Shown here one piece after another: positions 31,001-40,547 of a stretch of DNA of 64,000 bases. The DNA comes from Myxococcales bacterium (GTDB taxonomy: Bacteria; Myxococcota_A; UBA9042; JABWCM01; BTVJ01): contig BTVJ01000005.1 in NCBI GenBank assembly GCA_045863395.1, positions 128,001 to 192,000 on the forward strand, given 5' to 3'. The notes under the pieces are model-generated. The model searched no databases. It was given only the letters and a program-made list of their open reading frames with translations, and was not told the DNA's origin. Both the position numbers and the translations under genes were made by a program. The number at the start of each line of letters is the position of its first letter. Position 1 is the stretch's first letter.

Positions 31001-31303
31001 GACGTGCTCCGATCAGGGGGTCGAGGTCCGAGCCTCGGGGGGGTATCGGCCACCTCAGGGTAATCCTGAAGCCTCGCGCGATCAATCGAGCGCCGCGCCG
31101 TCGGGCTCCGACACCCCGACGGGGCATCGGTTCCCTCAATCCCCGACGCGCAGGAGGCCAGAACCCTGCCGGTCGCACGACGTCACCCCCGTAACCCCAG
31201 GTATCGAGGTGATGCGGGAACCCGCGCCCGGCGAAGCATCGCCCCCTGCCGGGCTTGCCACTCCTGCGCCTCAAGCTGCTAGGATGTGCGCACGGAGGAC
31301 ACC

Positions 31304-32308
31304 ATGCCGACTGCACCCATCGAGCTCTTGCCATCCGCGCCGCTGGCGTTGAGACCGACACCCATGCACCGCCTCGCGCGGTTGTCCACGGAGGTCGGCG
31401 TCGACCTCTGGGTCAAGCGTGACGACCTGACGGGGGCTGCCCTGTCCGGCAACAAGGTCCGAAAGCTGGAGCTCCTGCTCGGCGACGCCCTGGCCCACGG
31501 AGCCGACACCGTGATCACCTGCGGCGGAGCCCAGTCCAACCACGCCCGCGCCACCGCCATCGCCGCCGCGCAGCTCGGCATGAGGAGCGTCCTGATCCTC
31601 CGTGGCGCCGAGCCGGAGCGCCTGGAGGGGAACCTCCTGCTGGACCGTGTCGTCGGGGCGACGATTCGGTGGGTGACGCCGGAGCAGTACCGGGAGCGGG
31701 GCGGCGTCTTTGCAGAGGTGGAGGCGCAGGTGCGGGAGCGAGGTGGGAGACCCTACTCCATCCCCGAGGGCGGGTCGAACGCGCTCGGGGCCGTCGGCTA
31801 CGTGCGGGCATGGGACGAGATCCAGGCCCAGGCGGCCGCGGCTGGCGTCACCTTCGATGCGGTGCTGTGCGCAGTGGGCTCTGGTGGCACCCTGGCGGGG
31901 CTGGTCGCGGGAGCGAGGCGCGCCGGCTTTGGCGGCCGGGTCATCGGCGTGAACGTCTGCGACGACGCGGCGACCTTCGAGCGCATCACGTCGGCGCTCC
32001 TCGCCGAGATGGGCGACCGCTGGGGGGTGCCGCCGACCGGGGCCCACCCCGAGCTCCTCGACGGCTTCGTGGGCCGCGGCTACGCCCTGTCGTCACGCCA
32101 GGAGCTCGACGCACTAGGCCACGTCGCCGCCTTGGAGGGCCTCCTCCTGGATCCGGTCTACACGGGGAAGGCCATGTACGCGATGCTGAGCCAGCTCCGG
32201 GCGAACCGGGCCACCTTTGGCGAGCGCGTCCTGTTCATCCACACGGGGGGCATCTTCGGCCTGTTTCCGAAGGCAGGGGACGCAAGAACCGTCCTCGACG
32301 AGGACTGA
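31304..32308 (+). CDS. dcyD: D-cysteine desulfhydrase / ACC deaminase family PLP enzyme
   Basis: PTP, WVKRDD, SGNKVRKL, QSNHAR, PEGGSN, GSGGT, LDPVYTGKA, HTGG. Confidence 0.9.
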   Translation: MPTAPIELLPSAPLALRPTPMHRLARLSTEVGVDLWVKRDDLTGAALSGNKVRKLELLLGDALAHGADTVITCGGAQSNHARATAIAAAQLGMRSVLILRGAEPERLEGNLLLDRVVGATIRWVTPEQYRERGGVFAEVEAQVRERGGRPYSIPEGGSNALGAVGYVRAWDEIQAQAAAAGVTFDAVLCAVGSGGTLAGLVAGARRAGFGGRVIGVNVCDDAATFERITSALLAEMGDRWGVPPTGAHPELLDGFVGRGYALSSRQELDALGHVAALEGLLLDPVYTGKAMYAMLSQLRANRATFGERVLFIHTGGIFGLFPKAGDARTVLDED

Positions 32309-32312
32309 CGCG

Positions 32313-33053
32313 ATGACGGACCTGGGGGTCGGGCTCCTCTTGTGCATGGGGCCTTCGCTCTTCTTCCTGGCCTGGTTCTACTTCCGGAGCCAGTACGGGC
32401 GCGCCAGCGCTGCGCCGCTGGTCATGGTGTTCCTGGGGGGACTCATCGCCGGCCCCGTGAGCCTGCTGACCTTCCACCTCCTGACCTTGATCCCGTTCTA
32501 TCGGGACCTGACGGGCATCTACCAGGCCCCGCCCGATGTGCAGTTCGCCTGGTGCCTGTTCGCCATCGGCCCCGTCGAGGAGCTGACCAAGTTCGTGGTC
32601 GTGTGGGCCCTCGTGTTCCGCCGCTCATGGTTCGCCGTCCCTCTCGACGGCCTCGTCTACAGCGCCGCGGCCGGCCTCGGGTTCGCGTCCGTCGAGAACT
32701 GGTACTACCTCATGGAGAACGACACCATCCTGTGGGCGCGCGCAGTCACCCTCCCCTTCAACCATGTGCTGTTCTCGTCCTTCTGGGGGGTGGGGCTCAG
32801 CTTCGGCAAGTTCGGGTCCCCGGCGCGACGGACCCAGATGGTGATCATCGGGCTGCTCCTCGCGTCGGTCTTCCATGGCGTCTACGACTACATCCTCGTA
32901 GCCGAGAACGTACCGGATCTCATGATCTTGCCCCTGGTCCTGGTCCTGTGGATCTGGGTCTCCGCGGTGCACGGGCGCATGAAGGGCCGGACGAACCTGG
33001 ACGCAATGAGCCTCCGCAAGCGCGCCGGCGACGAAGGGAGCGACCCGCATTGA
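32313..33053 (+). CDS. PrsW-family intramembrane glutamic protease
   Basis: VEELTK, GLGFASVEN, HVLFS, HGVYD motifs within TM helices. Confidence 0.88.
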   Translation: MTDLGVGLLLCMGPSLFFLAWFYFRSQYGRASAAPLVMVFLGGLIAGPVSLLTFHLLTLIPFYRDLTGIYQAPPDVQFAWCLFAIGPVEELTKFVVVWALVFRRSWFAVPLDGLVYSAAAGLGFASVENWYYLMENDTILWARAVTLPFNHVLFSSFWGVGLSFGKFGSPARRTQMVIIGLLLASVFHGVYDYILVAENVPDLMILPLVLVLWIWVSAVHGRMKGRTNLDAMSLRKRAGDEGSDPH

Positions 33054-33090
33054 CGCAATAAATCCGAACCGTTACGCAACAACGGCGCCC

Positions 33091-33120
33091 TTGACAGGCA
33101 TCCGGCACTGGGACTACGCT
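33091..33120 (+). promoter_or_regulatory. sigma70-like promoter
   Basis: TTGACA-N18-TACGCT upstream of the GTG at 33145. Confidence 0.5.
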
Positions 33121-33144
33121 CGTCGCTTCAACGGAGGGACCACC

Positions 33145-34422
33145 GTGAGCAGCATCAGAACCACCTCATCACGCGCGACTCTGGCCGTGGCGCTGGCCGC
33201 GTCGTCTGCGGCGCCGGCATGGGGGGCCAACACGGCGTACACCCGGGCCGAGCGCTTCGCGGCGGAGGCGCGCCTGTCGCTCCACGCTGGCGACGGCGCG
33301 GCGGCCGGACGCTCCTACGAGGCGGCCTTCGCTGCCCTCCCGAACCCGGCCTGGCTCCTGGAGGCCGGCGCGGCCTACGTGCGAGCCGAGGACTGGGCCA
33401 GCGCCGCGCGGGTGTACCGCGAGGCTGTAGAGCTCGGTCTGGCTGGCTCGCCGGGGCAGCGCGCGCGCCAGGGTCTCGACGAGGTGCTCGCGCGACTCCA
33501 GGCAAGCCGGGGACGAGTCGCCATCGCTGTCTTTCCGGCGACGGCCAAGGTCACCGTGGATGGGGTCCCGGTCCAGGTGGGCACGGGCGGCGGCGTGACG
33601 TGGGTGGAGCCCGGGTCGCACAAGGTCCGGGCAGAGGCGGAGGGCTTCGAGCCCGCGGAGCGGGCCATCGAGGTTCCGGTCGGCCAGTCCCTGGACGTCA
33701 AGCTGTCGCTGGCCCCAGTGGCGGGCGCGGCGCTGCTCGTGATCAGCGCCAACGTCCCGGGCGCGACGGTGTCCGTGGGCGGCAAGGCGGTCGGGGTGAC
33801 GCCGCTGGAGGCCATCCCGCTGGACGAGGGCACCGTCGAGGTGCGCATCGAGAAGCCCGGGTATGAACCATGGGCTCGTTCCATCACGGCCACGCCAGGG
33901 GAGCCAACCCGTCTGGACGTCACGCTCGCCACCGCGGTGGCGGCGACGGCCTCCGCGGCGACGACGACCCCCACACCCACGGCCACCGTGGAGTCGACCT
34001 CGTCGGGTGGCGACGCCATGGTCACCTGGGGCTGGGTCGCAGCCTCGGTGGGCCTTGGCGCGGTGGGCGGCGGCGTCGCGATGCACATGCTCTCCATCGA
34101 CAGCAAGAACAAGGCGAACGCCCTCAGCAACACTCCGGCGGAGGGCTCGGGCATCGATCCGACCCAGTACTACAACGAATACTACGTCCCTGAGTACAAC
34201 CGCCTGGTGGACGACTCGTCGTCCAAGCAGACCATCGCGTTCATCCTGGATGGGGCCGGCGGCGCGCTGGTGGTGACGGGCGTCGTGCTGCTGGTGCTGG
34301 GCTACACCGACTCGGGCCCCTCCACGGCGAGCACGGAGGAGCCATCCAAGGTCCGCCTGACGGGCTTCGGCATGGCGCCGGTGCCTGGCGGCTCGGTCCT
34401 CTCGTCTGGCTTCAGCTTCTAG
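33145..34422 (+). CDS. Secreted TPR + two PEGA domain protein with hydrophobic C-terminal region
   Basis: Signal peptide; TPR-like helices; PEGA motifs (AKVTVDG..PGSHKVRAEAEGF; GATVSVGG..VGVTP..EKPGY); ends GFSF. Confidence 0.8.
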   Translation: MSSIRTTSSRATLAVALAASSAAPAWGANTAYTRAERFAAEARLSLHAGDGAAAGRSYEAAFAALPNPAWLLEAGAAYVRAEDWASAARVYREAVELGLAGSPGQRARQGLDEVLARLQASRGRVAIAVFPATAKVTVDGVPVQVGTGGGVTWVEPGSHKVRAEAEGFEPAERAIEVPVGQSLDVKLSLAPVAGAALLVISANVPGATVSVGGKAVGVTPLEAIPLDEGTVEVRIEKPGYEPWARSITATPGEPTRLDVTLATAVAATASAATTTPTPTATVESTSSGGDAMVTWGWVAASVGLGAVGGGVAMHMLSIDSKNKANALSNTPAEGSGIDPTQYYNEYYVPEYNRLVDDSSSKQTIAFILDGAGGALVVTGVVLLVLGYTDSGPSTASTEEPSKVRLTGFGMAPVPGGSVLSSGFSF

Positions 34423-34425
34423 AGT

Positions 34426-35583
34426 CTAGAACGTGAAGTAGGGCTCGACCTTCGCCAGCTCTTCGAGCTTCTGTCGGAGGGGATCGAAGTTGATCAGGTC
34501 GGCGGTGGCCTTCAGCTCCAGGATGCCATCCGCGACGCGCCCGAGGGCCCCCTCCTGGAGCGCGTTCTCCATGGGGCGGAGCTGAGAGCCGAAGTCGACG
34601 ACCACGATGTCGGTGGTCAGCACCCGCTGGCCCTTGTCCTTGCCCTCCTCCAGTACGGCGACCTCCCACTCCGGCTTCACCGTCGCCGGGTCCACACCCT
34701 CGGGCACCTGGGGCGGCACCTGCTCCGGATCCATCACCTGGGCGAGGAAGGAGCCCGTGTTCCAGGGGACCCCGTTCAGCTCGGTGGGCTTGACCAGGAT
34801 GCGGCGCACGGACGCCTGGGGGTTGGTGGTACGCGCCTCCTGCATCATCTGCACGTTTGCGATGAGCGCGGCCTCCTTCGCAACGGCCTGGGTGCGCGCA
34901 TGGAGCAGCGCCACCTGGCCAACGAACGCGTTGATGACCGGGACCAGCTCCGCCGCGTACCACCCCTCGCGGAAGATGCCGCTGGTGTCGAACACGACCT
35001 GGGAGCCCCCGTAGCTCGCCGCGGTGCCCAGGAACTCGAGCAGCTCGGCCTGCATCGAGGCCAGGCCCTCGCCGGCGCGCGCCTTCTCGATGCGGCCGGC
35101 GATGTCCGCCAGGCTCGCCTTGTAGGCGTCAATCGTGGCGAGCGTCTTCTCGCCGGTCTCGGCCACCTGGTGCTTGGTGAACCAGTCCAGCACCTGGTTG
35201 GCCTCGGCGATCTTCATGTTGCCGATGGTGCGCTCCTTGAAGATCTTGCCCGCCAGGTACCCGAGGCCGAAGAACAGCGCGATGCCGAACAGCGCCGCGA
35301 GGAGCATGGCCCCGCGGCCACTCTTTGCCGCGCTCTCGTCCACGTGGACGTCGTGCACTTCGGTGGGGGGACGAAACTCCGGGGGGGGCGCCGGAGCCCT
35401 GCGGGTCGGCTGCGCGGAGTCGGCGGGGAGCGGCCCAGGAAGAGGAGTCGCGTCCCCCTCCTCAGCGGCCTGGGGAGGCTGCTCCATGACAGGCTCTGGC
35501 TTGGCTGCCGCAGCAGCCTTCGCCTTCTGCAAGCCGAGGCGAGCTTTCAGATCCTGGATGTTCTTGTCGTTCCCGTCCGCCAC
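34426..35583 (-). CDS. Hypothetical single-pass membrane protein
   Basis: SD GAGGAGG; Pro-rich N-terminus, TM (MLLAALFGIALFFGLGYLAG), helical remainder; GC3-biased codons. Confidence 0.75.
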   Translation of the reverse strand: MADGNDKNIQDLKARLGLQKAKAAAAAKPEPVMEQPPQAAEEGDATPLPGPLPADSAQPTRRAPAPPPEFRPPTEVHDVHVDESAAKSGRGAMLLAALFGIALFFGLGYLAGKIFKERTIGNMKIAEANQVLDWFTKHQVAETGEKTLATIDAYKASLADIAGRIEKARAGEGLASMQAELLEFLGTAASYGGSQVVFDTSGIFREGWYAAELVPVINAFVGQVALLHARTQAVAKEAALIANVQMMQEARTTNPQASVRRILVKPTELNGVPWNTGSFLAQVMDPEQVPPQVPEGVDPATVKPEWEVAVLEEGKDKGQRVLTTDIVVVDFGSQLRPMENALQEGALGRVADGILELKATADLINFDPLRQKLEELAKVEPYFTF

Positions 35584-35666
35584 GTCGGCTCCCTCCTCAG
35601 CGCTATCGAGGACCCTGAAGTCTTTGAAGTTCCATGATTTCGGCGCGTTCTGAGACCAGCGCGGCG

Positions 35667-35695
35667 AGCGTAGCCGGTTTTCGCAGAGGGGTCAA
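35667..35695 (-). promoter_or_regulatory. sigma70-like promoter
   Basis: Minus strand TTGACC-N17-TACGCT. Confidence 0.5.
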
Positions 35696-35813
35696 GGACC
35701 AGTCCACGGCCAGCCGGCGCAACGAGGACTCTCGGACGCCCCTGGGATTTTGACCGAGGACGGGGTCCGTGCGAGCATTTCGTGCCCGCGACCTTGGACC
35801 GTAGGAGCCCACC

Positions 35814-37259
35814 ATGAGCGAGTCACCCCCGGTCAACCTTGCGAAGGTACGACGGATCCACCTGATGGCCATCTGCGGGACCGGCATGGGTGCCTTCGCG
35901 GGGATGCTCCAGGCGCACGGTTACGAAGTACGGGGCTCAGACGAGGGGGCCTACCCGCCCATGAGCGAGCGCCTCGCCGCGTGGGGGATCCCCATCATGG
36001 AGGGCTTCGCGCCCGAGAACCTGGACTGGGGGCCGGACCTGGTCATCGTGGGCAACGTCATCCGGCGGGTGAACCCGGAGGCGACGGCCATGCGGGAGCG
36101 AGCCATCCCGCACATGAGCTTCCCCGAGGCCCTCTCCGCGTTGTTCCTCGCGTCTCGACACCCCGTGGTGGTCACCGGCACCCACGGCAAGACCACGACG
36201 ACGTCGCTGACCGCCTGGCTGCTCGCCCACGCTGGTCGGAGCCCGAGCTTCCTCATCGGCGGCATCCCGAGCAACTTCGGGCGCTCGTTCCACCTGGGCG
36301 ACGGGCAGGAGTTCGTCATCGAGGGCGACGAGTACGACACGGCCTACTTCGACAAGGGCCCGAAGTTCCTGCACTACCAGCCGCGCACTGCGATCCTGAC
36401 CAGCATCGAGTACGACCACGCGGACATCTACCGCGACCTGGACCACGTGATCAGCGCCTTCGAGCGCTTCGTGGCCATCGTCCCACCCGACGGAGCCCTG
36501 CTGGTGTGCGGCGAGCGCGAGCTGCCGGTGCGGGTCGCGCGCGGCTGCCGGGGAGCCGTGGAGACCTACGGCGTGGACGGCCCCTACGACTGGGTGGCGC
36601 GGGACGCGCGGCCGGACGCAGGCGGGTGGCGCTTCACCCTGGAGCACCGAGGAGTGGCCCTCGGCGAGCTGTGGAGCCCCATGGCTGGACGGCACAACGC
36701 CCAGAATGCGGTGGCCGCGCTGGGGGTGGCGCACCGACTGGGGGTGCCCCTCGAGACCCTCGCGGCGGGGCTAGCCGGGTTCGCGGGCGTGGTCAAGCGC
36801 CAGGAGGTCAAGGGCGAGGAGGACGGCGTCCTGGTCATCGACGACTACGCCCACCACCCGACGGCGGTCGCCGAGACCATCGACGCCATCCGGGCGCGCT
36901 ATCCGGGGCGCCCCCTCTGGGCCCTGTTCGAGGCCGAGTCCAACACGTCGCGGCGGCGCTTCTTCCAGGACGACTACCCCGTCGCGCTGCGCGGGGCGGA
37001 CCACGTGGTGCTCTCGAAGCCGCTGAAGAAATGGGACAAGCTGTCTGCCGATGAGCAGATCGACTGCGAGCGGATCGTGGAGGACCTGCGCGCGACGGGA
37101 GTGGACGCGCGGCACATCCCCGAGTTCGACGACATCGTGGCGTGGGTGGCGGAGCACGCTGTCCCTGGCGACGTGGTGCTCGCCATGAGCGGGCGCAACT
37201 TCGGCGGGCTGCATGGGCGGCTCCTGGCGAGGCTCAACGCTCGGGCTGCCAGCCGGTGA
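35814..37259 (+). CDS. mpl: Murein peptide ligase (peptidoglycan recycling)
   Basis: ICGTGMG, YPPMS, GTHGKTTT, EGDEYDTAYFDKGPKFLHY, DHADIY, DDYAHHP. Confidence 0.9.
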   Translation: MSESPPVNLAKVRRIHLMAICGTGMGAFAGMLQAHGYEVRGSDEGAYPPMSERLAAWGIPIMEGFAPENLDWGPDLVIVGNVIRRVNPEATAMRERAIPHMSFPEALSALFLASRHPVVVTGTHGKTTTTSLTAWLLAHAGRSPSFLIGGIPSNFGRSFHLGDGQEFVIEGDEYDTAYFDKGPKFLHYQPRTAILTSIEYDHADIYRDLDHVISAFERFVAIVPPDGALLVCGERELPVRVARGCRGAVETYGVDGPYDWVARDARPDAGGWRFTLEHRGVALGELWSPMAGRHNAQNAVAALGVAHRLGVPLETLAAGLAGFAGVVKRQEVKGEEDGVLVIDDYAHHPTAVAETIDAIRARYPGRPLWALFEAESNTSRRRFFQDDYPVALRGADHVVLSKPLKKWDKLSADEQIDCERIVEDLRATGVDARHIPEFDDIVAWVAEHAVPGDVVLAMSGRNFGGLHGRLLARLNARAASR

Positions 37260-38373
37260 TGCGCCTCCCCCGGACCACCTGGGCGAGAGCGATCCAGTAG
37301 GCCACGTTGACCACGGCGAAGAAGAGCGGGAGCCCGAGGAGGGGGAGGCGGCGCGCCAGGGCGCCCGCGCCGAGGCCGATCAAGGCCAGGCAGACCCCAA
37401 CGGCGACGAGCCCGGTGGCGGCCGAGGCAAGACGGGCCCCCAGGGTGAGGCCGACGGGACCCAGGATCGCGAGGAGCAGCAGGGCAATGGTCCCTAGCCA
37501 CCGCGCGACCTTGTGGAAGAGAACCTGCACCAGATAGCTTCGGCTGGTCACATTCCGCCATCTGTGGGCGAGGAGCCCGAGGAACAGCCAGCACCGCACT
37601 CCGATGCGGACGCGGGCCCGCAGCTCGCTCCGCAGGCTCCGCCGCGACGCCTCGACGGCGACGGCGTCCGCCACGTAGACCGCGCGCAGCCCTCGCTCGG
37701 CCGCCAGCAGCGGCAGGACCAGGTCGTAGCTCTGCCAGGGGTCCACGGGGAGCAGCAGGAGCTCGCGGCGCGCTGCGTGGAGGGCCCCGCTGACGACGGA
37801 CGCAGTGCCAGCGCGCGCCTCCGCCTGCCGCTGGGACACGACCACGTGCTGGTAGGAGCGGAAGCCCACGGCGAGGGGGGCATCGTCGTAGGTATAGACG
37901 ATGCGGCCCGTGGCGCACCCGACGTCGGGGGCGAGCAGCGCCGGCGCCAGGCGCCGGAGGGCGTCGGGTCGGAGGCGGGTGGTCGCGTCGGTGAACACCA
38001 GGATGTCCGCGCGGGCGCGGGTGGCGGCAGCTTGGGCCGCAGCGGTCTTGCCGAAGTGCGGCAGGTCCAGGACCGTGACCTCCGTGAAGCAGCGAGCCTC
38101 CTCCACCGTACCGTCCGTCGACCCATCGGAGGCGACGAGGATCTCCAGGCGCTCGGCCGGGTAGTCCAGCGCGAGGCACGCGGCGAGCTTGTCGGCGATG
38201 GCGGCGCGCTCGTCCCGCGCGACGACGATCAGGCTGACGTTGGGCGTGCCCTCCTCCGAGGGGCGCGGCGGGGCCAGACGCGCGGCGATGGCTACCGCGA
38301 GAGGCCAGACCACGTAGGCCGCGGCCAGGACCCCGAGGCAAGCGCCGAGCACCAGATCCAGCGCGACGATCAC
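37234..38373 (-). CDS. Glycosyltransferase family 2
   Basis: N-terminal TM, ASDGSTDGT, GKTAA, VFTDA, SGALHA, C-terminal TMs; GTG start overlapping wecB stop. Confidence 0.88.
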   Translation of the reverse strand: MIVALDLVLGACLGVLAAAYVVWPLAVAIAARLAPPRPSEEGTPNVSLIVVARDERAAIADKLAACLALDYPAERLEILVASDGSTDGTVEEARCFTEVTVLDLPHFGKTAAAQAAATRARADILVFTDATTRLRPDALRRLAPALLAPDVGCATGRIVYTYDDAPLAVGFRSYQHVVVSQRQAEARAGTASVVSGALHAARRELLLLPVDPWQSYDLVLPLLAAERGLRAVYVADAVAVEASRRSLRSELRARVRIGVRCWLFLGLLAHRWRNVTSRSYLVQVLFHKVARWLGTIALLLLAILGPVGLTLGARLASAATGLVAVGVCLALIGLGAGALARRLPLLGLPLFFAVVNVAYWIALAQVVRGRRITGWQPER

Positions 38374-39473
38374 GCCGTAGGCCACGCGGAGGCCAGCACG
38401 GCGGCGATGCGCTCGGCCGTGCGGCCATCCCACAGGGGAGGCACCGCACCGCGCCGCGCAGGCCCGTCCAGCGCCTCTCGGGCGGCGGCGATGATCGCGT
38501 CCGTGTCGCTCCCGACGATGACATTGGAGCCCACGTCGACCGTGACGGGGCGCTCCGTAGAGTCGCGGAGCGTGATGCACGGGACCCGCAGGGCGGTCGT
38601 CTCCTCCTGGAGCCCGCCCGAGTCCGTCAAGACGAGCCGCGCGTCGCTGGTCAGCGCCAGGAACTCCAGGTAGCCCATGGGCTCGACCAGGCGCATCCCC
38701 GGGATGCCGGAGAGCCGCTCCCAGAGGCCGAAGGCCTCGAGCTGCTTGCGCGTCCGGGGGTGGACCGGGAACACGATGGGAAGCGAGGGGCCGATGGCGG
38801 CGAGCGCATCGACGATGCGCCCGAACGGTGCGGCGTCGTCCACGTTGGAGGGCCGGTGGAGCGTGAGCACGCCGTACCGGCCCGGCTCCAGCCCCAGTGA
38901 AGGCAGGACGCCCAAGGAGCGGGCCTTGCCGAGGTGGGACAGGAGGCTGTCGATCATGATGTTGCCGACCCGGTGGATCTTCTGCGGAGACACGCCCTCC
39001 CGCAGCAGGTTCGCGTCGCCGTCCTCGGACGGGGTGAACAGCAGGTCGGCGATCTGGTCCGTGAGCAGGCGGTTCACCTCTTCGGGCATGCGCCGGTCGT
39101 TGGAGCGCAGGCCCGCCTCGACGTGGGCGACCGGGATCCACAGCTTGGCGGCCACCAGGGCACACGCGATGGTGGAGTTCACGTCCCCGACGACCACGAC
39201 GCCGGACGGGCTCTCCGCCGCGCACACCTGCTCGAAGCCGATCATCACCCGCGCCGTCTGCTCCGCGTGGGAGCCGGAGCCCACGCCCAGGTACACGTCG
39301 GGGGCAGGCATGCCCAGGTCCTCGAAGAAGACGCGGCTCATGCGGTCATCGTAGTGCTGCCCCGTGTGGACCAAGCGCTGGGGCAGGCCCAGACGCCCGA
39401 GCTCCGCATGGAGCGGCGCGATCTTCATGAAATTTGGCCGGGCGCCCACCACCAGCAGGTACGGTCCAGGCAT
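38370..39473 (-). CDS. wecB: UDP-N-acetylglucosamine 2-epimerase (non-hydrolysing)
   Basis: GARPNFMK, HTGQHYD, HVEAGLRS, PEEVNR, LHRPSNVD, TDSGGLQEE, TERP. Confidence 0.95.
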   Translation of the reverse strand: MPGPYLLVVGARPNFMKIAPLHAELGRLGLPQRLVHTGQHYDDRMSRVFFEDLGMPAPDVYLGVGSGSHAEQTARVMIGFEQVCAAESPSGVVVVGDVNSTIACALVAAKLWIPVAHVEAGLRSNDRRMPEEVNRLLTDQIADLLFTPSEDGDANLLREGVSPQKIHRVGNIMIDSLLSHLGKARSLGVLPSLGLEPGRYGVLTLHRPSNVDDAAPFGRIVDALAAIGPSLPIVFPVHPRTRKQLEAFGLWERLSGIPGMRLVEPMGYLEFLALTSDARLVLTDSGGLQEETTALRVPCITLRDSTERPVTVDVGSNVIVGSDTDAIIAAAREALDGPARRGAVPPLWDGRTAERIAAVLASAWPTA

Positions 39474-39554
39474 CGCTCACCCTCCGCGGTCGGGCGCACA
39501 GTGTCTGCACGCCCGCCACCGGCTGTCAACCGGCCAGTCCGCATCCCGGCGGCG

Positions 39555-39592
39555 TTGACGTGCCTGGACCGCATGGATATGGTCACCCATAT
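39555..39592 (+). promoter_or_regulatory. vapBC promoter and operator
   Basis: TTGACG-N17-TATGGT; inverted repeat ATATGG-TCAC-CCATAT (39577-39592) spanning the -10 box and the ATG. Confidence 0.55.
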
Positions 39593-39827
39593 GAAGACAA
39601 CCATTGATATTGCCGACGCCTTGTTCCTCGAGGGGAAGGAGGTGGCCGCGCGCTCGGGCATGACCTTTCGGGAGCTCGTGGAGCAGGGGCTGCGCCTTGC
39701 TCTCCAGCAGCGCAGACAGGCCGAGGAGTTTCGGCTGCGCGACGCCTCCGTCGGGGGACGGGGGCTGAAGCCGGGTCAGTCCTGGGACCTGCCCCGTGAG
39801 CTCGCCTACGACGACGGGCGGACATGA
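39591..39827 (+). CDS. vapB: VapB-type antitoxin (RHH-like)
   Basis: MKTTIDIADALF..ELVEQGLR..FRLRDASVGGRGL; ATGA overlap with the PIN gene. Confidence 0.85.
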   Translation: MKTTIDIADALFLEGKEVAARSGMTFRELVEQGLRLALQQRRQAEEFRLRDASVGGRGLKPGQSWDLPRELAYDDGRT

Positions 39828-40264
39828 TCGCCGTCGACACGAATGTGCTGGTGCACGCACACCGCTCCGACTCACCGTTTCACCCGCAGGCGGCTCGAAA
39901 CATCAGGACGCTGGCAGGGGGCCCCTCCCCATGGGCGATCCCATGGCCCTGCATCCACGAGTTCTACGCGAAGGCGACCCACCCCCGGCTGTTCGACCCT
40001 CCCTCGACGCCCGAGCAGGCGCTCGACCAGATCGCGAGCTGGTTGGAGTCACCCAGCCTGTGGGTGATCTCCGAGGCCGCCGACCACTGGACGCGCCTGG
40101 AGGGCCTCCTGTCCGCAGCCCACGTCCAGGGTCCCATGGTCCACGATGCGCGCATTGCAGCCATCTGTCTCTCCCACGGTGTCTCCGAGCTGTGGACGGC
40201 GGATCGCGACTTCGCCCGCTTCCCTGCGCTGACCACCCGCAATCCGCTCGTCGCTCGAACCTGA
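39824..40264 (+). CDS. vapC: VapC PIN-domain toxin
   Basis: MIAVDTNVLV, EF, VHDARIAA, TADRDF. Confidence 0.92.
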   Translation: MIAVDTNVLVHAHRSDSPFHPQAARNIRTLAGGPSPWAIPWPCIHEFYAKATHPRLFDPPSTPEQALDQIASWLESPSLWVISEAADHWTRLEGLLSAAHVQGPMVHDARIAAICLSHGVSELWTADRDFARFPALTTRNPLVART

Positions 40265-40491
40265 GGGACCCCGGGCATGGCGCGGCAGTCCACGAGCACC
40301 GACGCGGACCCAGAGCGCAGCGTGGCGGCCGTGATGACGTGATCCTTGGCGGCCCGTCGGGCAGCCCCCCAGCGGAGGCCCGGCCTGGGCGCGCAACGTG
40401 CTCCAGTGTCGGCCTGTCGGGCCCTGGACCGCGCAGACGTCGCTGATGCCGTCGGGGCAATGAGCCCCAGCCTCGCTGCCCCACGGCCCGG

Positions 40492-40521
40492 TTGTCCGCA
40501 CACGCCACCTGCCCCTATACT
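40492..40521 (+). promoter_or_regulatory. sigma70-like promoter
   Basis: TTGTCC-N18-TATACT upstream of the ATG at 40548. Confidence 0.4.
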
Positions 40522-40547
40522 CGCCGAACCTCTGCTGCGCCGGACCC

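Noticed and set aside
34418..34430. TCTAGA-G-TCTAGA palindrome between convergent genes
   Set aside because: Explained by both genes ending in TTC-TAG, 3 nt apart.
37234..37259. Convergent 3' overlaps (mpl/GT2; also dedA/thrC at 58352-58360)
   Set aside because: Short tail-to-tail overlaps are common in compact GC-rich genomes.
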